NCBI GenBank assembly: GCA_963749365.1
Contig: CAVVME010000003.1
Coordinates: 718,603 to 782,602, forward strand
Direction: 5' to 3'
DNA from: an uncultured Solirubrobacterales bacterium
GTDB taxonomy: Bacteria > Actinomycetota > Thermoleophilia > Solirubrobacterales > 70-9
Length of the DNA stretch: 64,000 nucleotides
Shown here piece by piece: positions 9,168 through 19,418 of this stretch; the stretch's first letter is position 1, and each line of letters starts with the position of its first letter. Both the position numbers and the translations under genes were made by a program. The notes beneath the pieces are model-generated. The model was not told the origin of the DNA and searched no databases. It worked only from the letters and a program-made list of their open reading frames with translations.

Positions 9168-10543
9168 CAGCGCCCCGCGGCGCGCAATCGGGCGATGAAG
9201 AAGCCGCTGGTGCGGTCGCGCTGCGGCAGGAGCTGCAGGAAGCGGCCGTCGCGGCGCGATCGCAGCCTCGGATGGGCGGCGCCGAGGTCGTCGACGTCGA
9301 CGGCCGAGTACTCGGGCGCCCGCGCGACCACGGCCTCGTTCTCGCCGGCGGAGATCGTGCAGGTCGAATAGACCAGGGTCCCGCCGGGGGCCAGCGCCCG
9401 CGCGGCGCGGACCAGGAGCCGACGCTGAAGCGCGGCCAGCCGCGCACACGCCTCGGGCGACTTGCGCCAGCGCGCGTCGGGGCGCGAGGCGAGCGTGCCG
9501 AGATCGCTGCACGGGGGGTCCAAGAGGACGCGATCGTAACCCGCGCCGAGGTCGGCCTCGGCCGCGTCGGCGACCTCGACCCGCACACAGTCGGCACCCG
9601 CCCGGGCGCAGAGCTGGCGCAGCTCCTCGGCCCGGCGAGCGTCGATCTCGACCGAGACGATCTCGCCCCGGTCCTCGATCCTGGCCGCGATCGCGGTCGT
9701 CTTGATTCCGGGCCCGGCGCAGAGATCGAGCACCCGCTCGCCCGGGCGCGGGTCGAGCAGGGCGACCACCGCCTGCGAGGCCCGTGACTGCGGGATCAGC
9801 TCGCCGGTCGCGATCCGCGCCCCAACCGGGTCGCCGGCCTCGCCGACGACGATCCCCGCCGCCGGGTCGAGCAGCGTGCCCGATCCGGGCCCGGCGACCT
9901 CGACCCCGGCCTCGCGCAGCTCGGCTGCCAGCGCGCGCGGCTCGGCTCGGAGCGTGTTGACGCGGAAGGCGGCCTCGCGCGGCTCGTTCATCGCCGCCAT
10001 CAGCAGCCGTGCCTCTTCGGCCCCGAGCTCCTCCCACCACATCCGTACCAGCCACTCGGGGTAGGAATGGGCGATCGCCGCGCCCTGCACGGTCGAGTCG
10101 TCAAGCTCGGCGAGCAGCTGCTCGCGCTCGCTCGCGGCCCGGCGCAGGAGCGCGTTGACGAACCCAACTCCGGCCTCGGCGCGACCGCGGGGCACCCGAT
10201 CGCTGCGGGCGCCGGAGCGAGCGAGCTCGACCGCCTGGTCGACGGCGGCGTGCTCGGCCCGCCCCTCCGAGAACAGGAGCTCGAACAGCCCCAGCCGCAG
10301 CGCCGCGAGCGCGAACGAGTCCACCTTGCGCCGGCGGCGGGCGAGCACTGCGATCAGGTGGTCGGTGGTCCCGCGCCGCTGCACCGCGCCGTAGGCGAGC
10401 CGGCGGGCCCGGGCGAGGTCGCGGCCGGCGAGCTCGAGCCGCCCGGCGGTGGCGGTAAACGCCCGATCGGTCCAGGCGCCGTCGTCGAATGTGCGCCGCA
10501 GGACCTCGTAGGCGGCGCGCCGGTCCGGGGTCAGGGCGCTCAC
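9167..10543 (-). CDS. rsmB: 16S rRNA (cytosine967-C5)-methyltransferase
   Basis: 458 aa. NusB-like N-terminus, SAM motif DLCAGPGIKTT, and catalytic PPCSDLGT and YSTCT motifs. Conserved fmt-rsmB-rpe order. Confidence 0.88.
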   Translation of the reverse strand: MSALTPDRRAAYEVLRRTFDDGAWTDRAFTATAGRLELAGRDLARARRLAYGAVQRRGTTDHLIAVLARRRRKVDSFALAALRLGLFELLFSEGRAEHAAVDQAVELARSGARSDRVPRGRAEAGVGFVNALLRRAASEREQLLAELDDSTVQGAAIAHSYPEWLVRMWWEELGAEEARLLMAAMNEPREAAFRVNTLRAEPRALAAELREAGVEVAGPGSGTLLDPAAGIVVGEAGDPVGARIATGELIPQSRASQAVVALLDPRPGERVLDLCAGPGIKTTAIAARIEDRGEIVSVEIDARRAEELRQLCARAGADCVRVEVADAAEADLGAGYDRVLLDPPCSDLGTLASRPDARWRKSPEACARLAALQRRLLVRAARALAPGGTLVYSTCTISAGENEAVVARAPEYSAVDVDDLGAAHPRLRSRRDGRFLQLLPQRDRTSGFFIARLRAAGR

Positions 10544-11445
10544 GCGAGGCGCGGAGGCCGGTGGCCGCGCAGGTAGGCGTCCGCGTCCATCGCCCGGCCG
10601 CCGGCCGGGCGCACCCGGCGCAGCCGCAGGGCGCCTTCGGCGCAGCCGACCAGCAGCTCGTCGGGACCGGCGATCTCCCCCTGCGCGAGCCTCCCTTGGG
10701 GCTCGGCCTCGGCGGCCAGGACCGCGAGCGGATCGCCGCCCTCGAGCTCGAGGTAGGCGCCGATGTGCGGGGTCAGCGCCCTGACCACGCGCTCGAGCTC
10801 GATCGCCGGCCGGCCCGGGTCGAGCCGGCGCTCGCCCGGCTCGACCTTCTCCGCGTAGGTCGCCCCGACGTCGTCCTGGGCGACCAGCTCGAGCCGCCCC
10901 TTGGCGAGCCGGTCGAGCGCCTGCATGAGCAGCTCGCCGCCGAGTCGCCCGAGACGGGCCGCGAGCGCGCCGTAGTCCTCGGACCCGGTCGGGATCGACT
11001 CCTGGAGCGCGATCGGGCCCGAGTCGAGCCGCTCGGAGACCCGCATGATCGTCACCCCGGTCTCCAAGTCCCCGGCCATGATCGCGCGCTCGATCGGCGC
11101 CGCACCACGCCAGCGCGGCAGCAGCGAGGGATGGACGTTGAGCAGCTCGAGCTTGCTCAGCAGCGGCTCGCGCAGGAGCTGGCCGAACGCGCAGACGACC
11201 CCGACCTGCGCCCCGGACGCGAGGATTCGCTCGCAGGCAGCCGGGTCGCTGGCGTCGGCGGTCTGCAACAGCTCGATTCCCAGCTCCCTCGCCCCCCGGG
11301 CGACCGGTGGCGGCGCGCTGCGGCGCCCCCGGCCCCGGGGCCGGTCCGGCGGCGCGACCGCGAGCGCCGGCCGGTGCTCACCCGCGGCAAGCCGCTCGAG
11401 GACCGCGACCGCGAACTCGGAGGTGCCGAGAAAGGCGGTCCGCAC
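10540..11445 (-). CDS. fmt: methionyl-tRNA formyltransferase
   Basis: 301 aa. MRTAFLGTSEFAV N-terminus and HPSLLPRWRGAAPI motif. 4-nt overlap with rsmB. Confidence 0.92.
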   Translation of the reverse strand: MRTAFLGTSEFAVAVLERLAAGEHRPALAVAPPDRPRGRGRRSAPPPVARGARELGIELLQTADASDPAACERILASGAQVGVVCAFGQLLREPLLSKLELLNVHPSLLPRWRGAAPIERAIMAGDLETGVTIMRVSERLDSGPIALQESIPTGSEDYGALAARLGRLGGELLMQALDRLAKGRLELVAQDDVGATYAEKVEPGERRLDPGRPAIELERVVRALTPHIGAYLELEGGDPLAVLAAEAEPQGRLAQGEIAGPDELLVGCAEGALRLRRVRPAGGRAMDADAYLRGHRPPRLA

Positions 11446-11448
11446 CCA

Positions 11449-12090
11449 TCAGTCCCCGGGCGCATCCTCGGGCTCTGGCTCGCGCTCGGGGCTGAAACTC
11501 GTCCCCTCGCGCAGCGCCCGGAGCGCCTCCTTGCGCTGGTCGGCCTCGGTGCGGTCGAGGATCAGGACGCCGTCGAGATGATCAATCTCGTGCTGGAGCA
11601 CGCGCGCCTCCAGGCCCGAGGCCTCGACCATGAGCGGCTCGCCGTGCACGTCGCATCCGCGCACCCGCGCGTGCAGGGGGCGCTCGACGTCGAGCCCGAT
11701 CCCGGGCAGGCTGAGACAGCCCTCCTCGGCGACCGCCAGTTCGTCGGAGACCCATTCGAGCTCGGGGTTCGCAATCGCGGTCGGCCGCGCATCGGGCGCA
11801 GCCTGGAAGACGAGCAGGCGGCGGAGCAAGCCGAGCTGGGTCGCCGCCAGACCCACACCCAGCGCCCCGCCCATGATCTCGATCATCCGCTCAGCCTCCG
11901 CCGCGAGCGGCTCGCCGAACTCGCTCACCTCCGAGGCGCGCGAGCGCAGCACCGGGTCGCCGAAGGTGCGCACCTCCGCCAGCGCCTGCGCGCGGCGCTC
12001 CCGTTCGGCGTCCGTGAGTCCGTCATCGGACGCAGGCCCCTCGACCTCCGCCGACCGGGGCTCGGCCTCGTGCTCGGCCGTCTCGCTCAT
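11449..12090 (-). CDS. def: peptide deformylase (with about 40-aa acidic N-terminal extension)
   Basis: 213 aa carrying all three PDF motifs: GVGLAATQ, EGCLS, QHEIDH. Confidence 0.9.
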   Translation of the reverse strand: MSETAEHEAEPRSAEVEGPASDDGLTDAERERRAQALAEVRTFGDPVLRSRASEVSEFGEPLAAEAERMIEIMGGALGVGLAATQLGLLRRLLVFQAAPDARPTAIANPELEWVSDELAVAEEGCLSLPGIGLDVERPLHARVRGCDVHGEPLMVEASGLEARVLQHEIDHLDGVLILDRTEADQRKEALRALREGTSFSPEREPEPEDAPGD

Positions 12091-12129
12091 CGTCGCGAGT
12101 CTAGATGGGCCCGGACCGGCGAGCCGGCG

Positions 12130-14304
12130 CTACTGCGGGTCGACGTCGACCGCGAGCGCGAGCTCGCGCAGGCTGCGAGTCGCCGCCGCCTCCTCGACCA
12201 CCGCGCGGACCGCGGTGACGGCGGGGGCGCGCTCGCGCGCCTTGATCATCACCTGGCGGCGCTCGCGTCCGCGGAGCCGAAATCGAGGCGCCGGCCCCAG
12301 CGCCCGGTCGCCCGCCGGAAGCGCGGCGACGAGGGCGTCGCGCAGCTGTTCGGCAGCGGCGTGTACCCGCTCGGCGCCGGATCCGCTGAGCTCGACTCGG
12401 ATCAAGTGCGAAAAGGGCGGGTAGCCGAGCTCGCGCCGGCGCTCGAGCTCGCCGGCGAGAAACCCGGGGGCGTCGTGATCGGCCGCGTGCCGGATCGCCG
12501 CCGCCTCGGGGGCAAGGGTCTGGACCAGGACCCGGCCGCCACCGGCGCCGCGGCCGCTGCGACCGGCGAGCTGGGAGACGAGCGCAAACGTGCGCTCCTC
12601 GGCTCGCAGGTCGGGAAAGCGCAGCGTCGCGTCAGCGTCGAGCACGACCCCGAGCACGACGTCGGGGAAGTCGTGTCCCTTGGCGACCATCTGGGTGCCG
12701 ACCAGCACCCCGGCGGGCGCCGCCTGGAACTCGGCCAGGATCTCGAGGTGGCCGCCGGCGCGCGCAGCGCTGTCGGAGTCGAGCCGCAGCACCGGAAGCG
12801 GAGCGACCGCCGCCGCGATCAGCTCCTCGACCCGCTCGCTCCCGGCGCCGGCGCGTGCGAGCGTCACCGAGCCGCAGCCCGGGCACGAGCCCGGGGTCGG
12901 CTCCCCGTGTCCGCAGTGATGGCAGTGCAACCCGCTGACCCGATGCAGGACGAGTGAGACGTCGCAGTCGGGGCATTCCCAGGTGTGGCCGCACTCGCGA
13001 CAGGAGAGGTGCGGCGCCCAGCCGCGCCGGTTGATCAGCACGATCCCCTTGCCCCCGCGCCGGCGGAGCTCGCCGAGCGCCTCCCGGGTGCGGGCATGCA
13101 GCGGTCCCGCGGCGCCGTCGCGGTCGCGCATGTCGATCACCTCGACCTCGGGCAGCGAGCGGCCGTCGACTCGATCGGGCAGCTCGAGCCGCTCGAGCCC
13201 GTGCCAGCTCTCGGGCCGCGGGGTGGCCGAGCCGAGCACCAGCGCGGCGGCGGCGGACACCGCCCGGCGGCGGGCGACCTCGCGGGCGTCGTAGCGAGGA
13301 TCCCCCTCCTGCTTGTAGGAGCCGTCGTGCTCTTCGTCGCAAACGATCAGCCCCGGGCGCGCGACCGGGGCGAAGATCGCCGAGCGGGGGCCGACGCAGA
13401 TCGTCGCCTCGCCGCTGCGCAGCCGTTGCCACTCGTCGCGGCGCTCGCCGGCCGCCAGCCGGGAGTGAAGGATCGCGACCCGCTCGCCGAACCGCGACTC
13501 GAACCGCGCCAGCGCCTGCGGTGTCATCCCGATCTCGGGCACGAGCACGATCGCCCCACGCCCGCGCTCGTGCGCGGCCGCGGCGGCGGCGAGATAGACC
13601 TCGGTCTTGCCCGAACCGGTGACGCCGTGCAGGAGCAGCTCCGCGCCGCCGGCGTCGATCCCGGCGACGATCCGCTCGACCGCGCTCCGCTGGGCATGGT
13701 CGAGGGTCACCGGGACAGCCGGTGCGCCGATCGCCGCCGCGGGCGGACGCCGGCGCACCTCGCGCTCGCCGAGCCGGACGAGGCCGCGGCGCTCGAGCCG
13801 GCGCAGCGCGTCGCGACCGACACCCCGCTCGGCGAGAGCGGCCGCCGCGACCGGGACTCGGGACTCGGAGAGCAGCTCCAGCGCCCGGCGCTGGCGCGGG
13901 CCGAGCCCGGCCGGCTCGGTCGCGGTAGCGCTTGGGACCGCCTCGACGACGGTTTCGGTCCGCGCCCTGGGGTGCCCGCGCGAGCTCCCCGTCCCCGGGG
14001 GCAGGACCAATTCGAGCCCACGTGCCGGGGTCGAGCAGTACTCGCGACCGACCCAGAGCCCGAGCTCGATCAGCTCCGGCGAGGCCCCCGCCTCGAGCGC
14101 CTCGAGCGGCTCGGCGAGACGCTCCGGCGCCAGCTCGCTGCGCTCGGCGATCTCGACCACGACCCCGAGCAGCCGTCGGCTGCCGAAGGGCACCACGAGC
14201 ACCGTGCCGACCCCGACCGCGGCCAGGCGCTCGGGCAGGCGGTAGTCGAACGGCCCGCGCAGTGAGCGAGCGGTGGTCAGCGGCTCGACCTTGGCGATCG
14301 ACAT
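12130..14304 (-). CDS. priA: primosomal protein N' (replication restart helicase PriA)
   Basis: The 905-aa ORF was trimmed to ATG (complement of 14302-14304; MSIAKVEPLTTARSLRGPFDYRLP). Walker A GVTGSGKTEVY, DEEH box CDEEHDGSYKQ, and Cys-rich zinc region CRECGHTWECPDC...CHHCGH. Confidence 0.9.
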   Translation of the reverse strand: MSIAKVEPLTTARSLRGPFDYRLPERLAAVGVGTVLVVPFGSRRLLGVVVEIAERSELAPERLAEPLEALEAGASPELIELGLWVGREYCSTPARGLELVLPPGTGSSRGHPRARTETVVEAVPSATATEPAGLGPRQRRALELLSESRVPVAAAALAERGVGRDALRRLERRGLVRLGEREVRRRPPAAAIGAPAVPVTLDHAQRSAVERIVAGIDAGGAELLLHGVTGSGKTEVYLAAAAAAHERGRGAIVLVPEIGMTPQALARFESRFGERVAILHSRLAAGERRDEWQRLRSGEATICVGPRSAIFAPVARPGLIVCDEEHDGSYKQEGDPRYDAREVARRRAVSAAAALVLGSATPRPESWHGLERLELPDRVDGRSLPEVEVIDMRDRDGAAGPLHARTREALGELRRRGGKGIVLINRRGWAPHLSCRECGHTWECPDCDVSLVLHRVSGLHCHHCGHGEPTPGSCPGCGSVTLARAGAGSERVEELIAAAVAPLPVLRLDSDSAARAGGHLEILAEFQAAPAGVLVGTQMVAKGHDFPDVVLGVVLDADATLRFPDLRAEERTFALVSQLAGRSGRGAGGGRVLVQTLAPEAAAIRHAADHDAPGFLAGELERRRELGYPPFSHLIRVELSGSGAERVHAAAEQLRDALVAALPAGDRALGPAPRFRLRGRERRQVMIKARERAPAVTAVRAVVEEAAATRSLRELALAVDVDPQ

Positions 14305-14363
14305 CGGTCCCAGGCTAGGACGGACCACGGACACGCCGCTCGCGTCGGCACGAGTGGCGCGGA

Positions 14364-14369
14364 TATATT
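14364..14369 (+). promoter_or_regulatory. candidate -10 hexamer TATATT, 7 nt upstream of the GTG start at 14377 (leaderless-type arrangement)
   Basis: The sequence ggaTATATTccgccccGTG is the only AT-rich patch in the 72-nt priA/PH-gene divergent spacer. There is no Shine-Dalgarno sequence before the GTG. No convincing -35 element. Confidence 0.3.
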
Positions 14370-14376
14370 CCGCCCC

Positions 14377-14904
14377 GTGGCGCCGAAGCTGCACCCCGGG
14401 GAGCGGGTCCTCTATGAAGGCCACCCGTCGTGGCGGGCGATCCTCGACTTCTACCTCAAGGGGTTGCTCGCGACCGCTGTGATCTGCCTGCTGGTCGCGC
14501 TGGCGACCGGCGTCTTCGGCGACGAGACCGACAGCGGGCTGGTCGTGATCGTCGCCGTGATCGGCGTCGCGGTGACGATCCTGGCCGGCTTCGTGATCCG
14601 GGTGGCGACCAACTACACGATCACCGACCGGCGGCTGCACATCAAGCGCGGGATCATCTCGCGGACGATTCAGGAGACGCGGCTCGAGCGGGTTCAGAAC
14701 GTCAACTACTCCCAGACCGTGGCCCAGCGAATGCTCCAGGTCGGTGACGTCGACTTCGACACCGCGGCGGGTGACGACTACAACTTCGTCTTCAACGGGG
14801 TCGCCGAGCCGGCCGACGTCGTGCACATGGTCGACCAGGCCACCCACCGCGGCGGCGCCGAGGGTCTCGGCGACACCCCGGCGCCCACCTCGCCCCGGGG
14901 CTAG
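14377..14904 (+). CDS. PH-domain (bPH_2 / YdbS-like) membrane protein
   Basis: 175 aa. Two predicted TM helices, then YTITDRRLHIKRGIISRTIQETRLERVQNV, typical of bacterial PH-domain membrane proteins. Confidence 0.75.
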   Translation: MAPKLHPGERVLYEGHPSWRAILDFYLKGLLATAVICLLVALATGVFGDETDSGLVVIVAVIGVAVTILAGFVIRVATNYTITDRRLHIKRGIISRTIQETRLERVQNVNYSQTVAQRMLQVGDVDFDTAAGDDYNFVFNGVAEPADVVHMVDQATHRGGAEGLGDTPAPTSPRG

Positions 14905-16161
14905 TCAGGCCCCTGCCGGCGACGCCGCGGGCTCGCCGATTCCCGCCGCGGCGCGCAAGGCGTCGGCGCGATCGGTGCGCTCCCAGGTGAAGTCGTGGTC
15001 GTCGCGGCCGAAATGGCCGTAGGCGGCGGTCTTCTTGTAGATCGGGCGGTGCAGGTCGAGCTCGGTCCGAAACGACCCCGGGCGGAGGTCGAAGTGCTCC
15101 TCGATCAGGCGCTTGATCTCGGCTCGGGTGATCTTCTCGGTGCCGAAGGTCTCGACCATCAGCGAGACGGGATGGGCGACGCCGATCGCGTAGGCGACCT
15201 GGACCTCGCAGCGCTCGGCGAGCCCGGCGGCGACGACGTTCTTGGCCACCCAGCGCGCGGCATAGGCGGCCGAGCGATCGACCTTGGAGGGGTCCTTGCC
15301 CGAGAACGCCCCGCCGCCGTGACGGGCCATGCCGCCGTAGGTATCGACGATGATCTTGCGCCCGGTCAGCCCCGCATCGCCGACCGGCCCGCCAATCACG
15401 AAGCGTCCGGTCGGGTTGACGAGCAGGTTCTGCTTCGTGTTCAGCTTGCGCTCGTCATAGAGCTCGGCCGGGAGCACCGGGTGCAGGACGTGCTCCCAGA
15501 GGTCGGGCCGGATCAGGGTGTCGGCGTCGATTCCGTCGCGGTGCTGGGTCGAGACGAGGACCTTCTCGATCTCGATCGGCCGGCCCGACTCATAGCGGAT
15601 GGTGACCTGGGTCTTGCCGTCCGGTCGCAGGTAGGGCATCACCTCGCCCTTGCGCACCGCGGCGAGCCGGTGAGCGAGCTTGTGGGCGAGCGAGATCGGC
15701 AGCGGCATCAGCTCGGGCGTCTCGCGAGTCGCGTAGCCGAACATCATCCCCTGGTCGCCTGCCCCGGCGACGTCGAGCTCGTCGTCGTCAGCCGGGTCGG
15801 TGCGCGCCTCGAGCGCCGTGTCGACGCCCTGAGCGATGTCGGGCGACTGCTTGTCGATCGCGTTGATCACCGCGCAGGAGTCGGCCGAGAAGCCGAGGTC
15901 GGCGTCGGTGTAGCCGATCTCGCGGATCGTCTCGCGCGCGATCTCGGGGATGTCGACCCAGGTCTCGGTCGAGATCTCGCCCGAGACGACGACGAGCCCG
16001 GTGTTGACCAGCGTCTCGCACGCCACCCGGCCGCCCTCGTCCTCGGCCAGGACGGCGTCGAGCACGCCGTCGGAGATCTGGTCGGCGATCTTGTCGGGAT
16101 GGCCCTCGGTGACCGACTCGGATGTGAACAGGTAGGAGTCCGCGTCGCGCTCGTCGTTCAT
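14905..16161 (-). CDS. metK: S-adenosylmethionine synthase
   Basis: The 517-aa ORF was trimmed to ATG (complement of 16159-16161; [31 protein letters not shown]). [12 protein letters not shown] and [16 protein letters not shown] motifs. Confidence 0.93.
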   Translation of the reverse strand: MNDERDADSYLFTSESVTEGHPDKIADQISDGVLDAVLAEDEGGRVACETLVNTGLVVVSGEISTETWVDIPEIARETIREIGYTDADLGFSADSCAVINAIDKQSPDIAQGVDTALEARTDPADDDELDVAGAGDQGMMFGYATRETPELMPLPISLAHKLAHRLAAVRKGEVMPYLRPDGKTQVTIRYESGRPIEIEKVLVSTQHRDGIDADTLIRPDLWEHVLHPVLPAELYDERKLNTKQNLLVNPTGRFVIGGPVGDAGLTGRKIIVDTYGGMARHGGGAFSGKDPSKVDRSAAYAARWVAKNVVAAGLAERCEVQVAYAIGVAHPVSLMVETFGTEKITRAEIKRLIEEHFDLRPGSFRTELDLHRPIYKKTAAYGHFGRDDHDFTWERTDRADALRAAAGIGEPAASPAGA

Positions 16162-16171
16162 CGGCGCAAGG

Positions 16172-18007
16172 TTAGTCGGGCGGTGCGTTCGGTTGCGGAG
16201 CCGCTGGATCGTCCTCGGGCCCGGCGACCAGCAGTCGGGCGTCGGTGCCGAGCAGCTCGTCGGAGCTCGAAACCGCGAACCCAAGCGCCTCGAGCCTTCG
16301 CAGCTCCGCCGCGAAGGTGACGTAGGCGGGGTCTTCGGCGAGCCCGAGCTGCTCGCCGATCGCCACCAGCTCGCCGAGGTCGAGGTAGCCGACCAGCGAG
16401 CCCTGGGCGTCGTCGCCGAGATCGTCGGTCGCCCGCCGGAAGAGCTCCGCATCGGCAAGGCGGCCCTGGTCGGCGGCGAGGGCGCGAAGCGCTGCCGGGT
16501 CGGTCGCGATCACCGCCAGACCGCCGAAGACCGCGGTCGTGAGCTCGACCGTGGGCGAGATCCGCAGGCTGCGCGCCTTGACCCCGCCGACCTGCAGCTC
16601 GCCGAACACAGGCGCCTGCAAGTCGCTGCCGGGATCCACGGCAGCGGCCAGCGGTGACTGCAGCGCCGCCAGCGCTCGGCGGGCGCGCTGCTCGTCGACC
16701 CCGGCTGCGATCAGCGCCAGGTAAGGCCGGGCGGCGGTCTCGGGCGGTGCGCCGACCACCAGCGCCGCCTCGCCGCCAAGCGCGTCGAGCAGGTCTCGCT
16801 CGAGATCGACGCCTCCCTCGCGTCGCAGGCGGCTGACGAGCTGCTCGAAGCCGGCCGCAACCCCCGGCGCCTGAGCGCTGGCCTGGGCGAGCAGTGTTCG
16901 GACGGTCGCCCCGGGATCGCCGAAGCCGAGGTAGGCGAGCGATCGCCCCGGCAGCAGCTCGGGCAGGCTCGCCTCAAAATCCGGGAAGGCGGCGAAGAAC
17001 CCCGGCTCGGACGCTGTCCGCTCGGGATCGAGCTCGCTGCGCACGGCGAGCTCGAGGCCGTCCTCGGTCGCGGTCAGCGCCGCCGCCGCTCCGCGACTCG
17101 CGCCCGGCGAGACGAAGGGCGCCAGCGAGCCGAGAGCGCCACGATCGCCGACGAGCCCCGCCACCCCCTCCTCGCTCAGATAGGCCTCGGCCAGACGCTG
17201 CTCGGGGAGCTCATCCCGCAGCTCTTCGGTGGTCGAGTCGCCCGCCAGCGAGCTCGCCCCGTCGGCCTCGGTGGCGACGTCGATCACCGCCCGCAGCGAC
17301 TCGGCCCTGCCGATTGCCAGGAACCCGTCGATGCTCGCGGTCGCGATCCCGCGCTGATCGGTCGCGATCTCGATCCCGCGGTAGTCCTCGCCCTGCACCT
17401 GCCCGGCCGCAATCGAGACCGCGTAGCGTGCCGCCGCCTCGCCGTCGGTCGCCTCGAGCAGCTCGACCCGGCTCGCGCTCGTGGCGCCGGTGCCGAGCAA
17501 CGCGATCGCCGCCTCGCCCCCAAACCAGGGGGCGAGCTGGCCGCCGAAGTCCGGTGGGCGGCCGCCGGGCCCGGGAACCAGCGCCAGTGCGCGGGACGTG
17601 ATCTGCCCGGACAGCAGCGGCGCCGCCGCGGCCGTTTCGCGGGCGAGCCGGTACTGCTCGGTCTCGGGGTCGAGGTTGACGTGCACGTAGGCGATCGCGT
17701 CGGCCGGGATCAGCTCTGCCGCGTCGTCGGCGGCGGGGCAGGAGTCGCCGCCCGGAAGCTGGCAGGGCAGATTGGAGGCGAGGAGGGCGAGCAGCAGCGT
17801 CGCCGCCAGCGCCGCACCCGCGGCCAGCGGCAGCCGGCGCCTCGCCTCCGGCGAGAGCCCCGCCCAGAAGTCCGAGGCCCCGAGCGCCAGCGAGTCGGCG
17901 AAGCCGCGCAGCGCCCGGCCGGCGACGAAGGCGAGGTCCGAGATCGCGTAGCGGACCGAGCGCAGGCGACGGCCGAGCGCGGCGAGGATCTCGCTGCCCC
18001 ACCCCAC
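16172..18007 (-). CDS. large membrane-anchored hypothetical protein (resembles DUF3352-type proteins; tentative)
   Basis: 611 aa. One N-proximal TM helix ([22 protein letters not shown]), then a long Ala/Leu/Glu/Asp-rich extracytoplasmic region. Wedged between der (1-nt gap) and metK (10-nt gap). Confidence 0.6.
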   Translation of the reverse strand: MGWGSEILAALGRRLRSVRYAISDLAFVAGRALRGFADSLALGASDFWAGLSPEARRRLPLAAGAALAATLLLALLASNLPCQLPGGDSCPAADDAAELIPADAIAYVHVNLDPETEQYRLARETAAAAPLLSGQITSRALALVPGPGGRPPDFGGQLAPWFGGEAAIALLGTGATSASRVELLEATDGEAAARYAVSIAAGQVQGEDYRGIEIATDQRGIATASIDGFLAIGRAESLRAVIDVATEADGASSLAGDSTTEELRDELPEQRLAEAYLSEEGVAGLVGDRGALGSLAPFVSPGASRGAAAALTATEDGLELAVRSELDPERTASEPGFFAAFPDFEASLPELLPGRSLAYLGFGDPGATVRTLLAQASAQAPGVAAGFEQLVSRLRREGGVDLERDLLDALGGEAALVVGAPPETAARPYLALIAAGVDEQRARRALAALQSPLAAAVDPGSDLQAPVFGELQVGGVKARSLRISPTVELTTAVFGGLAVIATDPAALRALAADQGRLADAELFRRATDDLGDDAQGSLVGYLDLGELVAIGEQLGLAEDPAYVTFAAELRRLEALGFAVSSSDELLGTDARLLVAGPEDDPAAPQPNAPPD

Positions 18008-18008
18008 C

Positions 18009-19418
18009 TCAGCGCGGTGCGCCCGAGCGGCGCCGGGCGCGCTTCGGGACCAGATCGATGATCAAGGGGACCCCCTCGAGCCCGTAGTGCTCGCGGAGCC
18101 GGTTCTCGAGGTGATATGCCCAGTCGCGGGTGATCAGCCGGCGGTCGTTGACCTGGATCGCGATCCGGGGCGGGCCGGTGCCGACCTGCGCCGAGTAGTA
18201 GAGGCGGAGGCGCTTCCCGCGCCGCTGTGGCGGCGGGCGGCTGGCGACGATCTCGCCGACGACGCGGTTCAGGTCCGGGGTCGGGATCCGCTCGGCGCGC
18301 CGATCGGCGAGTGCGACCGCCCGCGCGAGCAGCTTCGCGACCCCTCGCCCCGTCTTCGCCGAGCATGCGATCACCGGAGGGCGCTGGCGGATCCGCTTCG
18401 CCAGCCGCGCCTTCGCGTCCTCGAGCATCACACCGGCGACGTCCTCGGCTTCGCGGCCGGGGGTGTCCGGATCTCTGGCGAGATCCCACTTGTTGAGCGC
18501 GACCAGGGTGGCGCAGCCGGTTCGCATCGCCAGCTCGCCGATCCGCAGGTCCTCCGACGTGATCCCGGCGCTCGCTTCGCAGACCAGCAGCGCGACGTCG
18601 GCGCGCTCGGCGGCGCGCTCGGAACGAAGCTGGGCGTAGTAGTCGACCGTGCCGGCGACCTTGGTCCGGCGCCTGATCCCGGCGGTGTCGATCAGGATCA
18701 GCGGACGGCCGTCGAACTCGAGCGGGGTGTCGATCGCGTCCCGGGTCGTCCCCGCTCGCTCGTCGACGATCACCCGCTCGGTGCCGAGGAACGCGTTGAC
18801 CAGCGACGACTTGCCGACATTGGGGCGGCCGATCACCGCCAAGCGAACAACTCCGTCCGCCTCCTCCGCTTCGCGTCCGGGGGCGGCCGGGTGGAGTTCC
18901 GGACGGGCACGGACGAGCTCTGAGACCAAGCGGTCGAGCAGGTCGCCGGTGCCGCGGCCGTGGGTGGCCGAGACGCCGACCGGCTCGCCGAGCCCGATCG
19001 CGTACAGGTCGGCGACCAGCGGCTCGTCGGCGTCCGAGTCGACCTTGTTCGCGACCACGACAACGGGCAGCTCGGACCGGCGCAGGATCTCGGCCACCTC
19101 GGCGTCGCCCTGGCGCAGCCCGGCGCGGGCGTCGAGCACGAGCGCGACGACGTTGGCGTCGGCGATCGCCTCCCGGGCCTGTGTCTGGACCGCCCGCGAG
19201 AGCGAGTCCTCGGCGGCCAGGTCGACGCCACCGGTGTCGATGAGCTCGAACCGGACCCCGTTCCACTCGCAATCCAGAGCCTTGCGGTCCCGGGTCACGC
19301 CGGCCTGCTCGTGGACGACCGCGTCGCGCCCACCGCTGAGCCGATTGGCAAGCGTCGACTTGCCGACGTTGGGAAAGCCGACGATCGCGACTCGCGGCGA
19401 GCGACCGATCGCGCTCAC
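18009..19418 (-). CDS. der: ribosome biogenesis GTPase Der (EngA)
   Basis: 469 aa. Two tandem G domains (GFPNVGKST...DTGG; GRPNVGKSS...DTAG) plus a KH-like C-terminus. Confidence 0.93.
   Translation of the reverse strand: MSAIGRSPRVAIVGFPNVGKSTLANRLSGGRDAVVHEQAGVTRDRKALDCEWNGVRFELIDTGGVDLAAEDSLSRAVQTQAREAIADANVVALVLDARAGLRQGDAEVAEILRRSELPVVVVANKVDSDADEPLVADLYAIGLGEPVGVSATHGRGTGDLLDRLVSELVRARPELHPAAPGREAEEADGVVRLAVIGRPNVGKSSLVNAFLGTERVIVDERAGTTRDAIDTPLEFDGRPLILIDTAGIRRRTKVAGTVDYYAQLRSERAAERADVALLVCEASAGITSEDLRIGELAMRTGCATLVALNKWDLARDPDTPGREAEDVAGVMLEDAKARLAKRIRQRPPVIACSAKTGRGVAKLLARAVALADRRAERIPTPDLNRVVGEIVASRPPPQRRGKRLRLYYSAQVGTGPPRIAIQVNDRRLITRDWAYHLENRLREHYGLEGVPLIIDLVPKRARRRSGAPR

Noticed and set aside
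12130-14847. N-terminal extensions in the ORF track for priA (905 aa), metK (517 aa), rpe (451 aa), cmk (297 aa), hisC (434 aa), fetA (720 aa), gcvPB (739 aa), murC (508 aa), murB (345 aa), murG (394 aa), mraY (615 aa), murE (564 aa) and rpmB (148 aa).
   Set aside because: The extensions are low-complexity R/P/G-rich and overlap the upstream gene extensively. Internal starts reproduce canonical N-termini and give 4-nt overlaps or short gaps.
16162-16171. SAM riboswitch before metK and T-box before trpS (30927-30937).
   Set aside because: The upstream gaps are only 10 and 11 nt, so the genes are embedded in operons.
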